Origin: a virus
Direction: 5' to 3' (one strand)
DNA length: 64,000 nucleotides
Virus record (IMG/VR): IMGVR_UViG_3300037067_022550
The translations under genes and the position numbers were made by a program. Numbering within the stretch: position 1 is the stretch's first letter; each line of letters begins with the position of its first letter. Of the stretch, positions 28,586 to 37,635 are shown one piece after another. The notes under the pieces were generated by a model, which was not told the DNA's origin, did not search any database, and saw nothing but the letters and a program-made list of their open reading frames with translations.

Positions 28586-29288
28586 AAAAAAATAAAAATG
28601 ATGACATTAAGTTTGTTTTATAATTGGAAGTTTTTGAGTTCTTGACAAAATATGGGAGTGGTTAAGTAGGTGGACTGTTCTGAAAAGGCAATGGAAGACT
28701 GGAAGATCATTTCTATATGATCTTGATTTGTCATCTCATTGTACTAAGTTATTGTAAATAAACTACTTATAAAAATATTGATGCCATCCGTTCCAAACGT
28801 TACCTAGCTTCTTGGATCCACGTGATCTTTTTTAGAACTTTTGCTTAAAAATGGCACTCCTGATTTTATTCATTTTATTAAGGAATTCATTACTTTTTAT
28901 GAAAAATACATTCTTAAGTGGCTTCTAATGCTTTATCTCAGTTCCAGCAGCTCATCTCTGATCCTTGGAGTCACGTGTAGAAAAACAGTCTTCATCTCTT
29001 TTGCTATTCATTACCATGGCATAAACATTCCAAGCTATGTTTCTTTTACAGATAGTTATGCGTCTGTAAAAGGCTATTAGGGTATTACTGCCAATTAGAG
29101 ATAGCAAATGGTTGATGAAGTTGATTGGACGGATTGGATGATGACTTTTAAAGAAAAATAAATATCAGTGCTATTATTACAAAGTTGTAGATCCCCATCG
29201 TGAAAAAAAGCACTAGGACACACAAAAGATCACCAGGAACACATCAAAACGTTTTTATGGAACTTTTTTGCACTGATAATGTTTTGTA

Positions 29289-29330
29289 GATATAAACGAA
29301 AAAAAGAGCTGCCAGCTTTTGGCCAGCAGC
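29289..29330. terminator. bidirectional rho-independent terminator
   Basis: Stem GAGCTGC/GCAGCTC (29296-29322) flanked by an A run (29291-29295) and a T run (29323-29329). Immediately 3' of gene 29363..29875. Confidence 0.5.
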
Positions 29331-29362
29331 TCTTTTTTTATTTAATTTTTGGGTAGGCCAGA

Positions 29363-29875
29363 TTAATTTTGGGCAACAATCTTGACCTTGCCAGGAACGC
29401 TTTCGGTATCAATCATGGCCCTGCCGCCGTTGCTTTTATGGGTCTTATTGGACATGACATAGTAATCGAACTTGACCAGCTTTTCGGGGCGATTGGTCAG
29501 TTTGGCAACCTTGGCAATAAGTTCTGCCATGGTTGTATAGCCCTTGTTACCTTCGGCGAACAAGATGGCATAATGACTGCCTTCCCTGAAACCACCAGCC
29601 CCCTTAGCCTTCGGGGTTTTGGCGGTCTTGACGGTTTTAACCATCTTGACCGTTGTGGCAAGGGGTTGAGCCGTCTTGCTGGCTGCGATCGTGATGCCCT
29701 TCTTGTTGGCTTCGAAAAGTTCGAGATGGTTCGGAACCAATTCCCGAATCTTCTTGCCCTGACTACCGCTAATGGCCGATTTATGACCGAGATGCTTCCA
29801 GACGCCGCTGATGGATGTCGCCTTGCTCTTCTGAATGGCATCAATCAGAATTTCCTTCGTGAGAACTGTTGACAT
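29363..29875 (-). CDS. lysine-rich putative DNA-binding protein encoded in a GC-rich (about 50%) island
   Basis: 170 aa with KTVKTAKTPKAKGAGG basic linker. Strong SD AAGGAGATAGTATT before the ATG. Stop-poor overlapping frames on both strands show the GC shift. Confidence 0.6.
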   Translation of the reverse strand: MSTVLTKEILIDAIQKSKATSISGVWKHLGHKSAISGSQGKKIRELVPNHLELFEANKKGITIAASKTAQPLATTVKMVKTVKTAKTPKAKGAGGFREGSHYAILFAEGNKGYTTMAELIAKVAKLTNRPEKLVKFDYYVMSNKTHKSNGGRAMIDTESVPGKVKIVAQN

Positions 29876-30009
29876 AATACTATCTCCTTACTGTTGGTTT
29901 GCGGGGTTTTTCCCCAATTGATTTATGAGAACATGCTATCAGATTTTATTTAAATGTCAATCATTATTTGTGACTATTTTTTCACCTCCTTCTTTTGGTT
30001 TTTTCTTTC

Positions 30010-30047
30010 TGATAAGAAGGCTACTATAATTACTGTGGAAAGTCAAG
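30010..30047 (-). promoter_or_regulatory. early-promoter family copy
   Basis: aagtcaag at 30040-30047. Gene strand reads TTGACTttccacagtaattatagTAGCCTtCTTATCAGAAAG. Confidence 0.6.
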
Positions 30048-30066
30048 AATAAAATTGTGATTAATT

Positions 30067-30312
30067 TTACTTGGTTGATTCGGCTTGTTTAAGGTTTGTA
30101 TTAGTGGGATTGTATTTCTTGATGATTTCAGAAAGCAATCTTTCTTTAGCATCTGCGTTTAAATAATTCAAATTATTAATAGATTCAATTTGTTGGGCTA
30201 ACTGATCAGATCTTGGTTCTGTAGATTTTCCAAAAATACCGTAACAAGCTCCTGCAATAGCTAAAAATATGAGAAGAATGCATAACCAAGCAAAATCACT
30301 TAAATTTTTCAT
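30067..30312 (-). CDS. small membrane protein
   Basis: 81 aa, N-terminal TM helix. Confidence 0.45.
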   Translation of the reverse strand: MKNLSDFAWLCILLIFLAIAGACYGIFGKSTEPRSDQLAQQIESINNLNYLNADAKERLLSEIIKKYNPTNTNLKQAESTK

Positions 30313-30324
30313 TTTAATTTTCCT

Positions 30325-30579
30325 TTATTTTTTTCTTGTTTTGTCCCAAATTGCTCCAGGAATTTCACCATCTTTAAAATCTGTTTCAACTCCGCATTCA
30401 GGGCATTTGAAAGTACGGCAATGGTCAGTTTCCCCTTGGTAACTTGCCCTTGTTTCATATATGTCGTCTTGTTCCACTAAAAGAAGAGCACCACATCCAC
30501 CAAGTCCGTTTCCATAGCCAGTACAATTCTTTTCAATAGACCATCCCTTTTGTTTTCTTCCTTTTGCAATGACTCTCAT
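30325..30579 (-). CDS. zinc-ribbon protein
   Basis: 84 aa. CGALL...CRTFKCPECG. Confidence 0.5.
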   Translation of the reverse strand: MRVIAKGRKQKGWSIEKNCTGYGNGLGGCGALLLVEQDDIYETRASYQGETDHCRTFKCPECGVETDFKDGEIPGAIWDKTRKK

Positions 30580-30580
30580 T

Positions 30581-30886
30581 TTATTTGCCTTTGTCAGTGG
30601 GGAACAAAAGATTATAAATTTCTTCTGCCCTATTTGTAAAATTTACCTTTGGAAAAAGATGCTTAATAAGTTTTTGCTTAAATTTAGCAAATCCAGGAGA
30701 CCATTCATACTCTTTTCTGTTTAAAGCAATGCCAAGCCCGTATAGGACATCATTAATAATAGTTTCGTCACTATAGTAGAGATAGCCTTGCTGATTAGAG
30801 TAAGTCTCCATATACTTAGTTAAAGAATCAATAATTCTTTTAGCTCTTTGCTGTTCTTTTGTCAATTTTTTAATTTTATTATCCAT
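30581..30886 (-). CDS. hypothetical protein (paralog of 33029..33343)
   Basis: Shares YLY.S....I..DVLYGLGI.L...EY....GF.KFKQ with 33029..33343. Confidence 0.5.
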   Translation of the reverse strand: MDNKIKKLTKEQQRAKRIIDSLTKYMETYSNQQGYLYYSDETIINDVLYGLGIALNRKEYEWSPGFAKFKQKLIKHLFPKVNFTNRAEEIYNLLFPTDKGK

Positions 30887-30908
30887 ATGTACTCATCATT
30901 CAGTGGCA

Positions 30909-31358
30909 TTACATTGGAATTTTATCTCCCCTGGGTTTCAAGAAAGGAATTGCGTCTATTTTTCTACCAAGTCCCCTTTGAACCATACTTGCTGGGAGTC
31001 CGTAAGTCTTGCCGTTAGTCAATCTAATTGCAAGAATGGGAAACTTGCCACTTCTCGTTTTCATTCCTGTTATTTTATATACCCTTTGATCACTTGCTGT
31101 AAAAATAGCTCCCAAGTCTGCAGGTTCAAGGTTATACTGATGGCAGTACGTTTTGAAGTTTTCTGCTTCCCTTGTAAGAGAGTTGCCGTCTTTACCAATT
31201 ACAGAGGCTTCAATCTTCATAGTGAAATTTGTAGAAGAAAAACTTCCTCCAGAACGTCTGATGTTGACTCCAAAGTTTTTACCTACTTGCTGCAAAGCTT
31301 CTTCCACTGCTGATCCAAGCCATTCGCAATATTTTCTATTAAACTGTTCAATCTTCAT
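30909..31358 (-). CDS. hypothetical protein
   Basis: 149-aa ORF, moderately GC-richer than the surroundings. Confidence 0.5.
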   Translation of the reverse strand: MKIEQFNRKYCEWLGSAVEEALQQVGKNFGVNIRRSGGSFSSTNFTMKIEASVIGKDGNSLTREAENFKTYCHQYNLEPADLGAIFTASDQRVYKITGMKTRSGKFPILAIRLTNGKTYGLPASMVQRGLGRKIDAIPFLKPRGDKIPM

Positions 31359-31388
31359 TTTGTTTCCTTATGTTTATTTAAAATGTTG

Positions 31389-31916
31389 TTATCTTTCAAC
31401 CCTTACAGAGCCGGTCAGCCAACCAACCGTGATTGTTTGATAAACAGCCGTAGAATGGTGGACATCAACTACTCTTATTTCAATATTTTGCTGAACTGAG
31501 CCATTTAGTCCACCTTGAGAATTGAATTCAAGAGGATGGGCAATTTGGCTAACACCATGCAGGTCATCCCATGTGTTGCCACTCTTACCAAGCAAAACAA
31601 TTCCATCTGGCAAACGGTTGCTGGCTATAATGTTGTTTTCTGCCGTGCTATTATCAACGATCAGATAGTAAGAATAGGGCAAGGCAGTGTTTGTGGTTAT
31701 TGTGGCATAGAGAAAACCAACTGGAATCCTCTTCGAGATCGCCCATTGACGAGCCAGCGATAAATTGGCATGAACGCTTGATGTTCCAGATCTTAATGCC
31801 ATGCCCTTGCCCATGCTATGGAAAGAAGGGACAGCAATAACAGTAATAACGCAAACAATGACTATAACAACCAGCAGTTCAATCAATGTAAATGCTTTTT
31901 TCATATTATTATCCAA
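31389..31916 (-). CDS. prepilin-type N-terminal methylation-motif protein (type IV pilin/pseudopilin-like)
   Basis: N-terminus MKKAFTLIELLVVIVIVCVITVIAV matches the class III signal / pilin N-terminal helix. Confidence 0.6.
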   Translation of the reverse strand: MDNNMKKAFTLIELLVVIVIVCVITVIAVPSFHSMGKGMALRSGTSSVHANLSLARQWAISKRIPVGFLYATITTNTALPYSYYLIVDNSTAENNIIASNRLPDGIVLLGKSGNTWDDLHGVSQIAHPLEFNSQGGLNGSVQQNIEIRVVDVHHSTAVYQTITVGWLTGSVRVER

Positions 31917-32118
31917 ATATTTGGAAGGCTACTCTGATTATAATAGCTGTGAAGATAAACATTACCATACTGGACAGAACAAAGGCTGTAGTAATACCAA
32001 GGAGTCGTATTCCTATCTCCTTGGTCTTTACATAATAAATGAACAGTTTTACCCAGCATGTTGCAAAAACAGCATAGGCAATCAGAAAGATAACTGCTAA
32101 TGACATTGTGTTATCCAT
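31909..32118 (-). CDS. small membrane protein (start corrected to internal Met)
   Basis: Family promoter at 32187 lies inside the longest-ORF call 31909..32193. RBS AAAAGGAG precedes the internal ATG (MDNTMSLAVIFL...). Confidence 0.4.
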   Translation of the reverse strand: MDNTMSLAVIFLIAYAVFATCWVKLFIYYVKTKEIGIRLLGITTAFVLSSMVMFIFTAIIIRVAFQIFG

Positions 32119-32156
32119 TTTTTTCTCCTTTTGATTTGTTGCGGTTTTCTCTCTTT

Positions 32157-32194
32157 CTGATAAGCAATATAGCAAATTATAAAAATAAGTCAAG
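32157..32194 (-). promoter_or_regulatory. early-promoter family copy
   Basis: aagtcaag at 32187-32194. Gene strand reads TTGACTtatttttataatttgcTATATTgCTTATCAGAAAG. Confidence 0.6.
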
Positions 32195-32251
32195 AAGAAA
32201 TGTGAAATTATTTATAGCCAAATTTTTTAGACCAAGATTTATTCTTTTTAG

Positions 32252-32289
32252 GCAAGAATATTTCTGGTTCTTTTTTTAAACAAGTCAAG
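32252..32289 (-). promoter_or_regulatory. early-promoter family copy (tandem with 32187)
   Basis: aagtcaag at 32282-32289. Confidence 0.45.
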
Positions 32290-32509
32290 AAAAATTTTGT
32301 TTGTGGTTTGTCTGGTAGGGGTATAACCTTTTTGCGTTCATCAAATGTTAGTTCTTTTTTCATTTGATTATGTAATTAATGGAACTGTGAATATAACTTT
32401 ATTTCCACAAGCAGGGCAAGTATATTCATATTTGCCAGGTTCCAAAACAATGTGCATGGGTGGGTTATGTTCTGGATGGAGGCAGATCTTTTTCATGTTT
32501 TCAGGGGTA

Positions 32510-32752
32510 TCAATTTTTTTCAAGGGCATTTGCATCTCCTTTATTTATTCTTGTTATCTTTATTTTTTTGATATCCTTATCTATTATGGAATCAATAAGC
32601 AAAAGCAAAAAAACTAATGGTATAATTAACCACCATGACCAATTAATTTCATCCATTATTTTTAGAAAAAAAATAATAAAAGCCACATTGTGAAAAATTC
32701 CTGAAAGAAACCATTTGCTGAACATCAAGGTTTTTTTAAAAATGGGGTTCAT
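32510..32752 (-). CDS. small membrane protein (WSWW family; paralog of 34159..34401)
   Basis: Shared motif INWSWWLIIP / ISWSWWFILSP. Confidence 0.45.
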   Translation of the reverse strand: MNPIFKKTLMFSKWFLSGIFHNVAFIIFFLKIMDEINWSWWLIIPLVFLLLLIDSIIDKDIKKIKITRINKGDANALEKN

Positions 32753-32828
32753 TTTTATTCTAAAATTCTTTTTTATTTTGCCTTCTTCATTCCGAATTCT
32801 CCTTACTATTTCAAATAAAACAGATAAG

Positions 32829-33032
32829 TCAACAATAAAATGTTAATGCACCGTAAATTGTTTTTGTTATAAACCATTCTTTATTAACAGGAGATTCTTT
32901 TCTAATAACAGCTTGACTTAGAAACTTATCAATTCTTTTTTGGGCGGCTTTGCTAAGGGCAAATTCGCTTAGAATTTTTTTGGGGGATCTTTTGTTTTTT
33001 TCTTTGGGCATAGGTTCTCTTGTATATTTCAC
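32829..33032 (-). CDS. hypothetical basic protein
   Basis: 67-aa ORF. Confidence 0.4.
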   Translation of the reverse strand: MKYTREPMPKEKNKRSPKKILSEFALSKAAQKRIDKFLSQAVIRKESPVNKEWFITKTIYGALTFYC

Positions 33033-33343
33033 TTATTTTTTCTGAATGGGAAGAAGGGGTTTTTATTTGCCCCAATCATTTTCTTTGGTTCTTCAGCCTT
33101 AATCATTTTCTTTATTCTTTGTTTAAATTTCTGAAAACCGTCATGGAAACAGTATTCTTCTATATTCAAGGAAATTCCAAGACCATACAAAACGTCTTTG
33201 ATAACAGAGTCTTCACTGCAATAAAGGTATTCTTTTTGTTTAGTATATTTTCTCATATACTTATTAAAGGACAAAACAATTTTTTTGATTCTTGCTTTTT
33301 CCGCTTTTTCCGCTTTATCTGAGCATTTAAGATTATTGTCCAT
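33029..33343 (-). CDS. hypothetical protein (paralog of 30581..30886)
   Basis: See 30581..30886. Confidence 0.5.
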   Translation of the reverse strand: MDNNLKCSDKAEKAEKARIKKIVLSFNKYMRKYTKQKEYLYCSEDSVIKDVLYGLGISLNIEEYCFHDGFQKFKQRIKKMIKAEEPKKMIGANKNPFFPFRKNK

Positions 33344-33429
33344 AAAATTACCCCTTATTTAATTAGTTATTTTTATTTATAACCACTATTTTCAAAATCA
33401 TTATTGTTGCGTAGAGTTTTCCTTATTGT

Positions 33430-33467
33430 TTTTTAACAAACATATCATATTTTAAAAATAAGTCAAG
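33430..33467 (-). promoter_or_regulatory. early-promoter family copy
   Basis: aagtcaag at 33460-33467. Confidence 0.55.
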
Positions 33468-33499
33468 AAAAAAATGTATAATTTATGAAATTGAAACTG

Positions 33500-33709
33500 C
33501 TACGATTCAATTTCAGAAATTCTTTTTCTTATCCCACTTTTAGTTAGTTTAACGGTTCTCCTCATGATTTCAACCAAAAGGTCAATATCCTTTTCTTCAA
33601 TAGCTTGGTTAAGGATAGATTTAATTTTAGGATGTATTTTTCCAGGATATTCTGGTTCTTTATCAATGGCATCAAGGACTTTCTGGCGTTGTATTAGTGA
33701 AGTTTTCAT
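33500..33709 (-). CDS. hypothetical protein
   Basis: 69-aa ORF. Confidence 0.45.
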   Translation of the reverse strand: MKTSLIQRQKVLDAIDKEPEYPGKIHPKIKSILNQAIEEKDIDLLVEIMRRTVKLTKSGIRKRISEIES

Positions 33710-33721
33710 GAGGTTCCTTTT

Positions 33722-33961
33722 TTAAGCCCCTTCAAATTTAAAGGCATGTTCAATTATGTCCGCATCCTCTGGACGGCTTTCCAATTTCAAACCAACACTT
33801 CTGCCATAAGTATGTACAACCAATTTATCTTTCCCATCATATCTAATCGTAAACTTTCCGGCCGAAATAGGGTTCATAGCTGTAAACGTCTCGTGTTGCA
33901 CCATATCAGGGAACATATAGGGAATTTCACAACCGGTATGATGTACAATTACATATTTCAT
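33722..33961 (-). CDS. hypothetical protein
   Basis: 79-aa ORF. Confidence 0.45.
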   Translation of the reverse strand: MKYVIVHHTGCEIPYMFPDMVQHETFTAMNPISAGKFTIRYDGKDKLVVHTYGRSVGLKLESRPEDADIIEHAFKFEGA

Positions 33962-33980
33962 TAATTTGATTCCTTATTAA

Positions 33981-34160
33981 GACCCAATATTAAAGGGGGC
34001 GTCTGACATGCCATGATCATAGCCAATTTTATAAGCTTCTTTCCAGATTTCCCAGGCACCATCCATATTAATATTAACTATTACTGTTACCTTATGATAC
34101 CAATGAGTGAAGGCATCCCATTCATAATTGTCACCATCTTGGGGTTTATTTTCCATTTTT
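33981..34160 (-). CDS. small hypothetical protein (59 aa, not in ORF track)
   Basis: MENKPQDGDNYEWDAFTHWYHKV... read from the minus strand. The plus-strand ORF 34013..34246 is judged spurious. Confidence 0.35.
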
Positions 34161-34401
34161 ATTTCCTTTTAATAAAAAAATACAATGAGATTAATGTTCC
34201 TACAATTACTGGGGACAGGATAAACCACCATGACCAGCTAATTTGATGTGAAATTTTTAAAACAATAAGAGAGAATATTAAAAGACCGAATATTCCAGGG
34301 GGAAAAGTAATTTCAAAAGTTTTTTTATTTTTAACAGTAAAGTTATATTTAAAAATGTTTTTCATTGTTATAATGCTATCAAAATAATTGTGATATGTCA
34401 A
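34159..34401 (-). CDS. small membrane protein (WSWW family)
   Basis: Paralog of 32510..32752. Confidence 0.45.
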   Translation of the reverse strand: MTYHNYFDSIITMKNIFKYNFTVKNKKTFEITFPPGIFGLLIFSLIVLKISHQISWSWWFILSPVIVGTLISLYFFIKRK

Positions 34402-34402
34402 G
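34365..34402 (-). promoter_or_regulatory. early-promoter family copy
   Basis: atgtcaag at 34395-34402. Lies inside the N-terminal coding region of 34159..34401 as called, so that start may be later. Confidence 0.4.
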
Positions 34403-34406
34403 AATA

Positions 34407-34664
34407 TTAGGCAAAATCTTTAGCCATCGTTTTTGATTCTAGTCTATATATAGGCATGTCAGCAAAACTGTCATATTCTGTACCTATACGTTTATGATTA
34501 GCTCCTACTTTAAAACATGGCTCTTCAAAATCACTAAAGACGATATCTCCTTCTTTAATGATGTCCAGATGCCCAAGAGGAACTAAAGAACTTTTATCAA
34601 TGTTTTTCATAAGTATTTTACCAAAATTTCCTAATAAAATGAATTGCCACCCATAGAACGCCAC
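34407..34664 (-). CDS. hypothetical protein
   Basis: 85-aa ORF. Start uncertain. Confidence 0.4.
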   Translation of the reverse strand: MAFYGWQFILLGNFGKILMKNIDKSSLVPLGHLDIIKEGDIVFSDFEEPCFKVGANHKRIGTEYDSFADMPIYRLESKTMAKDFA

Positions 34665-34768
34665 CTATAAATATCAATTTAATTAAGATTAACAGGGCAA
34701 TCCCAGCAAAGACAAATTCATTTTCCATACGGTTTTATATTCCTATTTAATGTTCATTTATTCTTTTT

Positions 34769-34806
34769 CTGATAGGAACAATAGCATATTAATTTTATAA
34801 GTCAAG
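34769..34806 (-). promoter_or_regulatory. early-promoter family copy
   Basis: aagtcaag at 34799-34806. Gene strand reads TTGACTtataaaattaatatgcTATTGTtcCTATCAGAAAAAG. Confidence 0.6.
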
Positions 34807-34848
34807 AAAAAAATTAATCGTTAGTTAATCAAATTAAAAGCGACAAAA

Positions 34849-35664
34849 TCATTCTGTAACAGTTGGAAATTCTAAATTAATGTAATCTTGTTGGTAGTAA
34901 GTTGTTTTAAGACCGTGAGCTATAAGATTTGGAGTTTCCTGAACCCACTCACCTCTACAGTATTCATGTCCATGTGCTCCAATTGCATAGAACTTCTTGT
35001 CAGTATTCCTATCAGCAACTTCTTTTATCATTATACCAGCCTCGTGACAATAGAAATATGCACTAATATCTTCATTAGGATTTAAATTGTATTGTGAAAG
35101 AAAGCAGGGATAATGCGTGATTATAATAACATTCTTGCACTTGCTTTTGTTTACTAACTGTAACTTATCCTTGAAGGCATTCAGTAGTGGTATAGTGTAC
35201 TGAAGCCACCCCCCCGTTAAGTTCATATATGTGCCGTCTACCGTACAACACTTATCATCATAATATTTTTTACCCATTATCAGTCGTGGTTCAGCAAAAT
35301 CGCAAAGCAAAATAGAGCCTAAAAATAAAACGCCATCTTTCTCATAAACTGTCGTAGTATCTGTCCAACTTTTCTGCAGTGGAATACCATAAGGCATATT
35401 TCTTAAAAATATTTCCATGCCTTCTGGAGGAGTGTGTTTCTGCCGGGAATAGAGATCATGATTGCCTGGTATCCACAAAGTTGGAACTATGGAGAACAGC
35501 TCCTGTACCAGACTCATATCTTTACTGATTAATACTTCGCCAATATCTCCACAGTTACAGACAACATTGGGGTGCTCATTACGAATAGCAGTTATCATAT
35601 CTCTAACTGCTTTTTGCTGATTTCCGTAATAGATATGCGAGTCCGAAGTAAAAATTATTTTCAC
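34849..35664 (-). CDS. calcineurin-like metallophosphoesterase
   Basis: D-x-H (TSDSH), GDIGE and GNHDL motifs. Confidence 0.75.
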   Translation of the reverse strand: MKIIFTSDSHIYYGNQQKAVRDMITAIRNEHPNVVCNCGDIGEVLISKDMSLVQELFSIVPTLWIPGNHDLYSRQKHTPPEGMEIFLRNMPYGIPLQKSWTDTTTVYEKDGVLFLGSILLCDFAEPRLIMGKKYYDDKCCTVDGTYMNLTGGWLQYTIPLLNAFKDKLQLVNKSKCKNVIIITHYPCFLSQYNLNPNEDISAYFYCHEAGIMIKEVADRNTDKKFYAIGAHGHEYCRGEWVQETPNLIAHGLKTTYYQQDYINLEFPTVTE

Positions 35665-35830
35665 TTATTAAACATCCTGTAAAATGTTGGCAACCAGTCC
35701 ACATTTTTTACATTTCCAAAGACGAGCAGCCAGTATGTTCCCATTATTATTAAACCCATAGAATTCCCATTTATGACGACAAAAAGGGCGAATAAATACT
35801 TTTAGATTATTTAAAGCTGTAGTAATAATT

Positions 35831-36034
35831 TTATTCATTACTTCCATGCTTCAATCTATTAAGAATGAAATTAACTAAGCCATATTGAGTAGCTTCTTCT
35901 ATAGTTAAAGCAACCTCATCTGAACTGTTGGCCGTCCCTTCATTCATGCACCATTCACTTATACCAGTAGCATTGCAATATTTATACCAATTACCGGAAT
36001 CAGAGATTTCTCCTAATGTAAGAATTATTTTCAT
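35831..36034 (-). CDS. hypothetical protein
   Basis: 67-aa ORF. Confidence 0.4.
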   Translation of the reverse strand: MKIILTLGEISDSGNWYKYCNATGISEWCMNEGTANSSDEVALTIEEATQYGLVNFILNRLKHGSNE

Positions 36035-36040
36035 TAGTTT

Positions 36041-36262
36041 TTATTGGTTAAATTTGTGAATTGAGTTTGTGCAATTTCCCTTGTGGCAAATGGTATAAAT
36101 ATAAAATAGGTAAGTTTCGTTTCTTATTTTTATATATTGGCAACCGTCTATGTTTACTACTTGATATGGGAATTGGTCTGATTGATTTACGCAATTGTTT
36201 TCCCCACAACCAGTAAGCATAAGCATCAGTACAGCAATAATTAAAATAAATTTACATTTCAT
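36041..36262 (-). CDS. small lipoprotein
   Basis: Signal peptide plus LTGC lipobox. 73 aa. Confidence 0.45.
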   Translation of the reverse strand: MKCKFILIIAVLMLMLTGCGENNCVNQSDQFPYQVVNIDGCQYIKIRNETYLFYIYTICHKGNCTNSIHKFNQ

Positions 36263-36279
36263 TTTTCATTTCCTTTTTT

Positions 36280-37007
36280 TTATTTTTCCTGAAAAACATC
36301 TTTGAAATAGGCTTCATTCCATCCGTTTTTGCCACTCCAAACAATACAGGGGTGTTGGACTTTACCGTAATAATATCCTTCAAAAACATGATGAACAACA
36401 ACATTATAGTTCTTTTTAGCAATATTAGGAATGCCATCAGTTTTGATTGGACAACCTTTAGGAATCATAACCGTATGACCCTTGTAAGACTTAATCAATT
36501 CTTCATTAGACCTGCCATAACAATATTAGGAATGCCATCAGTTTTGATTGGACAACCTTTAGGAATCATAACCGTATGACCCTTGTAAGACTTAATCAAT
36601 TCTTCATTAGACCTGCCATAAAAAGAATTGGGGTTTTTGGCCAACCTAATTTCACAATCAAGAATTTCTTGGTCCAATTTTTGTTCTTCATTATCATCCA
36701 GTTTGTAATAAATTGAATTTGAGACAAACCGGCAAAATAAGTTATAATAAAAGCAATAGTTTCCGCTATGTTGATAAAAAGGTTTTCTCATACGCCCATT
36801 AGCTGTTGCATATTCATCAAGTAGTTCGTGGAAGTAGTTTGCCTTTTCCTTTGAATAATTAGTTACTCCCATGCCAGCGAGTTCTTTCTTTATACTGGAC
36901 AAAACTTCTTCAACCTTAATCCCAAATTGTTCAAAGTCTTTGGGTTTAGCCGATATAACTTCCATCATGTCAATGCTTCCGTTTTTGTCAAAGGCAGGTA
37001 GTTTCAT
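36280..37007 (-). pseudogene. gene split by a perfect 101-bp tandem duplication (two ORFs 36495..37007 and 36280..36498)
   Basis: The peptide LIKSYKGHTVMIPKGCPIKTDGIPNI is encoded twice. 101 bp is not a multiple of 3, so the frame breaks. Confidence 0.5.
36420..36621. repeat. perfect direct tandem duplication, 2 x 101 bp (36420-36520 and 36521-36621)
   Basis: Identical copies read directly from the sequence. Confidence 0.85.
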
Positions 37008-37065
37008 TTTTCTCCTTATTGTTCATCAATTAACTGTTTTTTAAACTCTTGAAGCCTTTTACCAG

Positions 37066-37305
37066 TTAAGCACATGGACGTTTACATTCAACTAAGAATA
37101 ACCCTTTTCTACCAGTTTTCACAAAATTAGTTACTTGCCCAATAAATTTTGTATCCGTCCATTTATAATCCCTTGCCCAGAGATACTTGCGTTTAGTAAT
37201 ACATGTTATTTCTACTTCTTTACCAGTAGGGGTAGAATAAATGAAGGTCCCAAATTTTTCAGCAGCTTTTTCTGAATATAAGCCATATTTTTTTTTGGAA
37301 GCCAT
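37066..37305 (-). CDS. hypothetical protein
   Basis: 79-aa ORF. Confidence 0.45.
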   Translation of the reverse strand: MASKKKYGLYSEKAAEKFGTFIYSTPTGKEVEITCITKRKYLWARDYKWTDTKFIGQVTNFVKTGRKGLFLVECKRPCA

Positions 37306-37320
37306 TTTTATCTCCTTATT

Positions 37321-37358
37321 TATGTAAATAGAGTAACATAAACATGAAAGAAGTCAAT
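37321..37358 (-). promoter_or_regulatory. early-promoter family copy (variant TTGACT...aagtcaat)
   Basis: aagtcaat at 37351-37358. Confidence 0.45.
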
Positions 37359-37397
37359 CATAAAATACTTAAATAAGCATTAAACCAGGGGACATTA

Positions 37398-37622
37398 TTA
37401 GATATCTTTTGAAAGGTTTCTTCTGATCTCCATCATATCTTCCCACCACTTTGGGCTTATTATTAGGTAGCCATCAGACGGAGTTTTCTTGTCTATCTCA
37501 TCAATTCTTTTTACAACTTCAAGACGGAGTTTGTTCCATTCCTTGTGCATTTGGGCTTGGGTAGTAACATTTTTATTTTGTCTGTGAATATCTTTTATCA
37601 TGGCACCATAATTTGTTGGCAT
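37398..37622 (-). CDS. hypothetical protein
   Basis: 74-aa ORF. Confidence 0.45.
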   Translation of the reverse strand: MPTNYGAMIKDIHRQNKNVTTQAQMHKEWNKLRLEVVKRIDEIDKKTPSDGYLIISPKWWEDMMEIRRNLSKDI

Positions 37623-37635
37623 AGTTTTTTCCTTT

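Noticed and set aside
29369-29872. Long overlapping ORFs on both strands (29369..29872 +, 29497..29844 -)
   Set aside because: They are artefacts of the local high GC (few stop codons). Only the minus-strand 29363..29875 frame has a strong RBS, promoter and terminator.
25138-36579. Plus-strand ORFs inside the leftward array (e.g. 25138..25377, 25410..25745, 25746..26311, 27292..27525, 28075..28341, 30903..31440, 31515..32100, 32345..32693, 33020..33322, 33746..34246, 34888..35085, 36352..36579)
   Set aside because: They are antisense to promoter-supported minus-strand genes, lack promoters and RBS, and give hydrophobic or low-complexity translations typical of AT-rich antisense frames.
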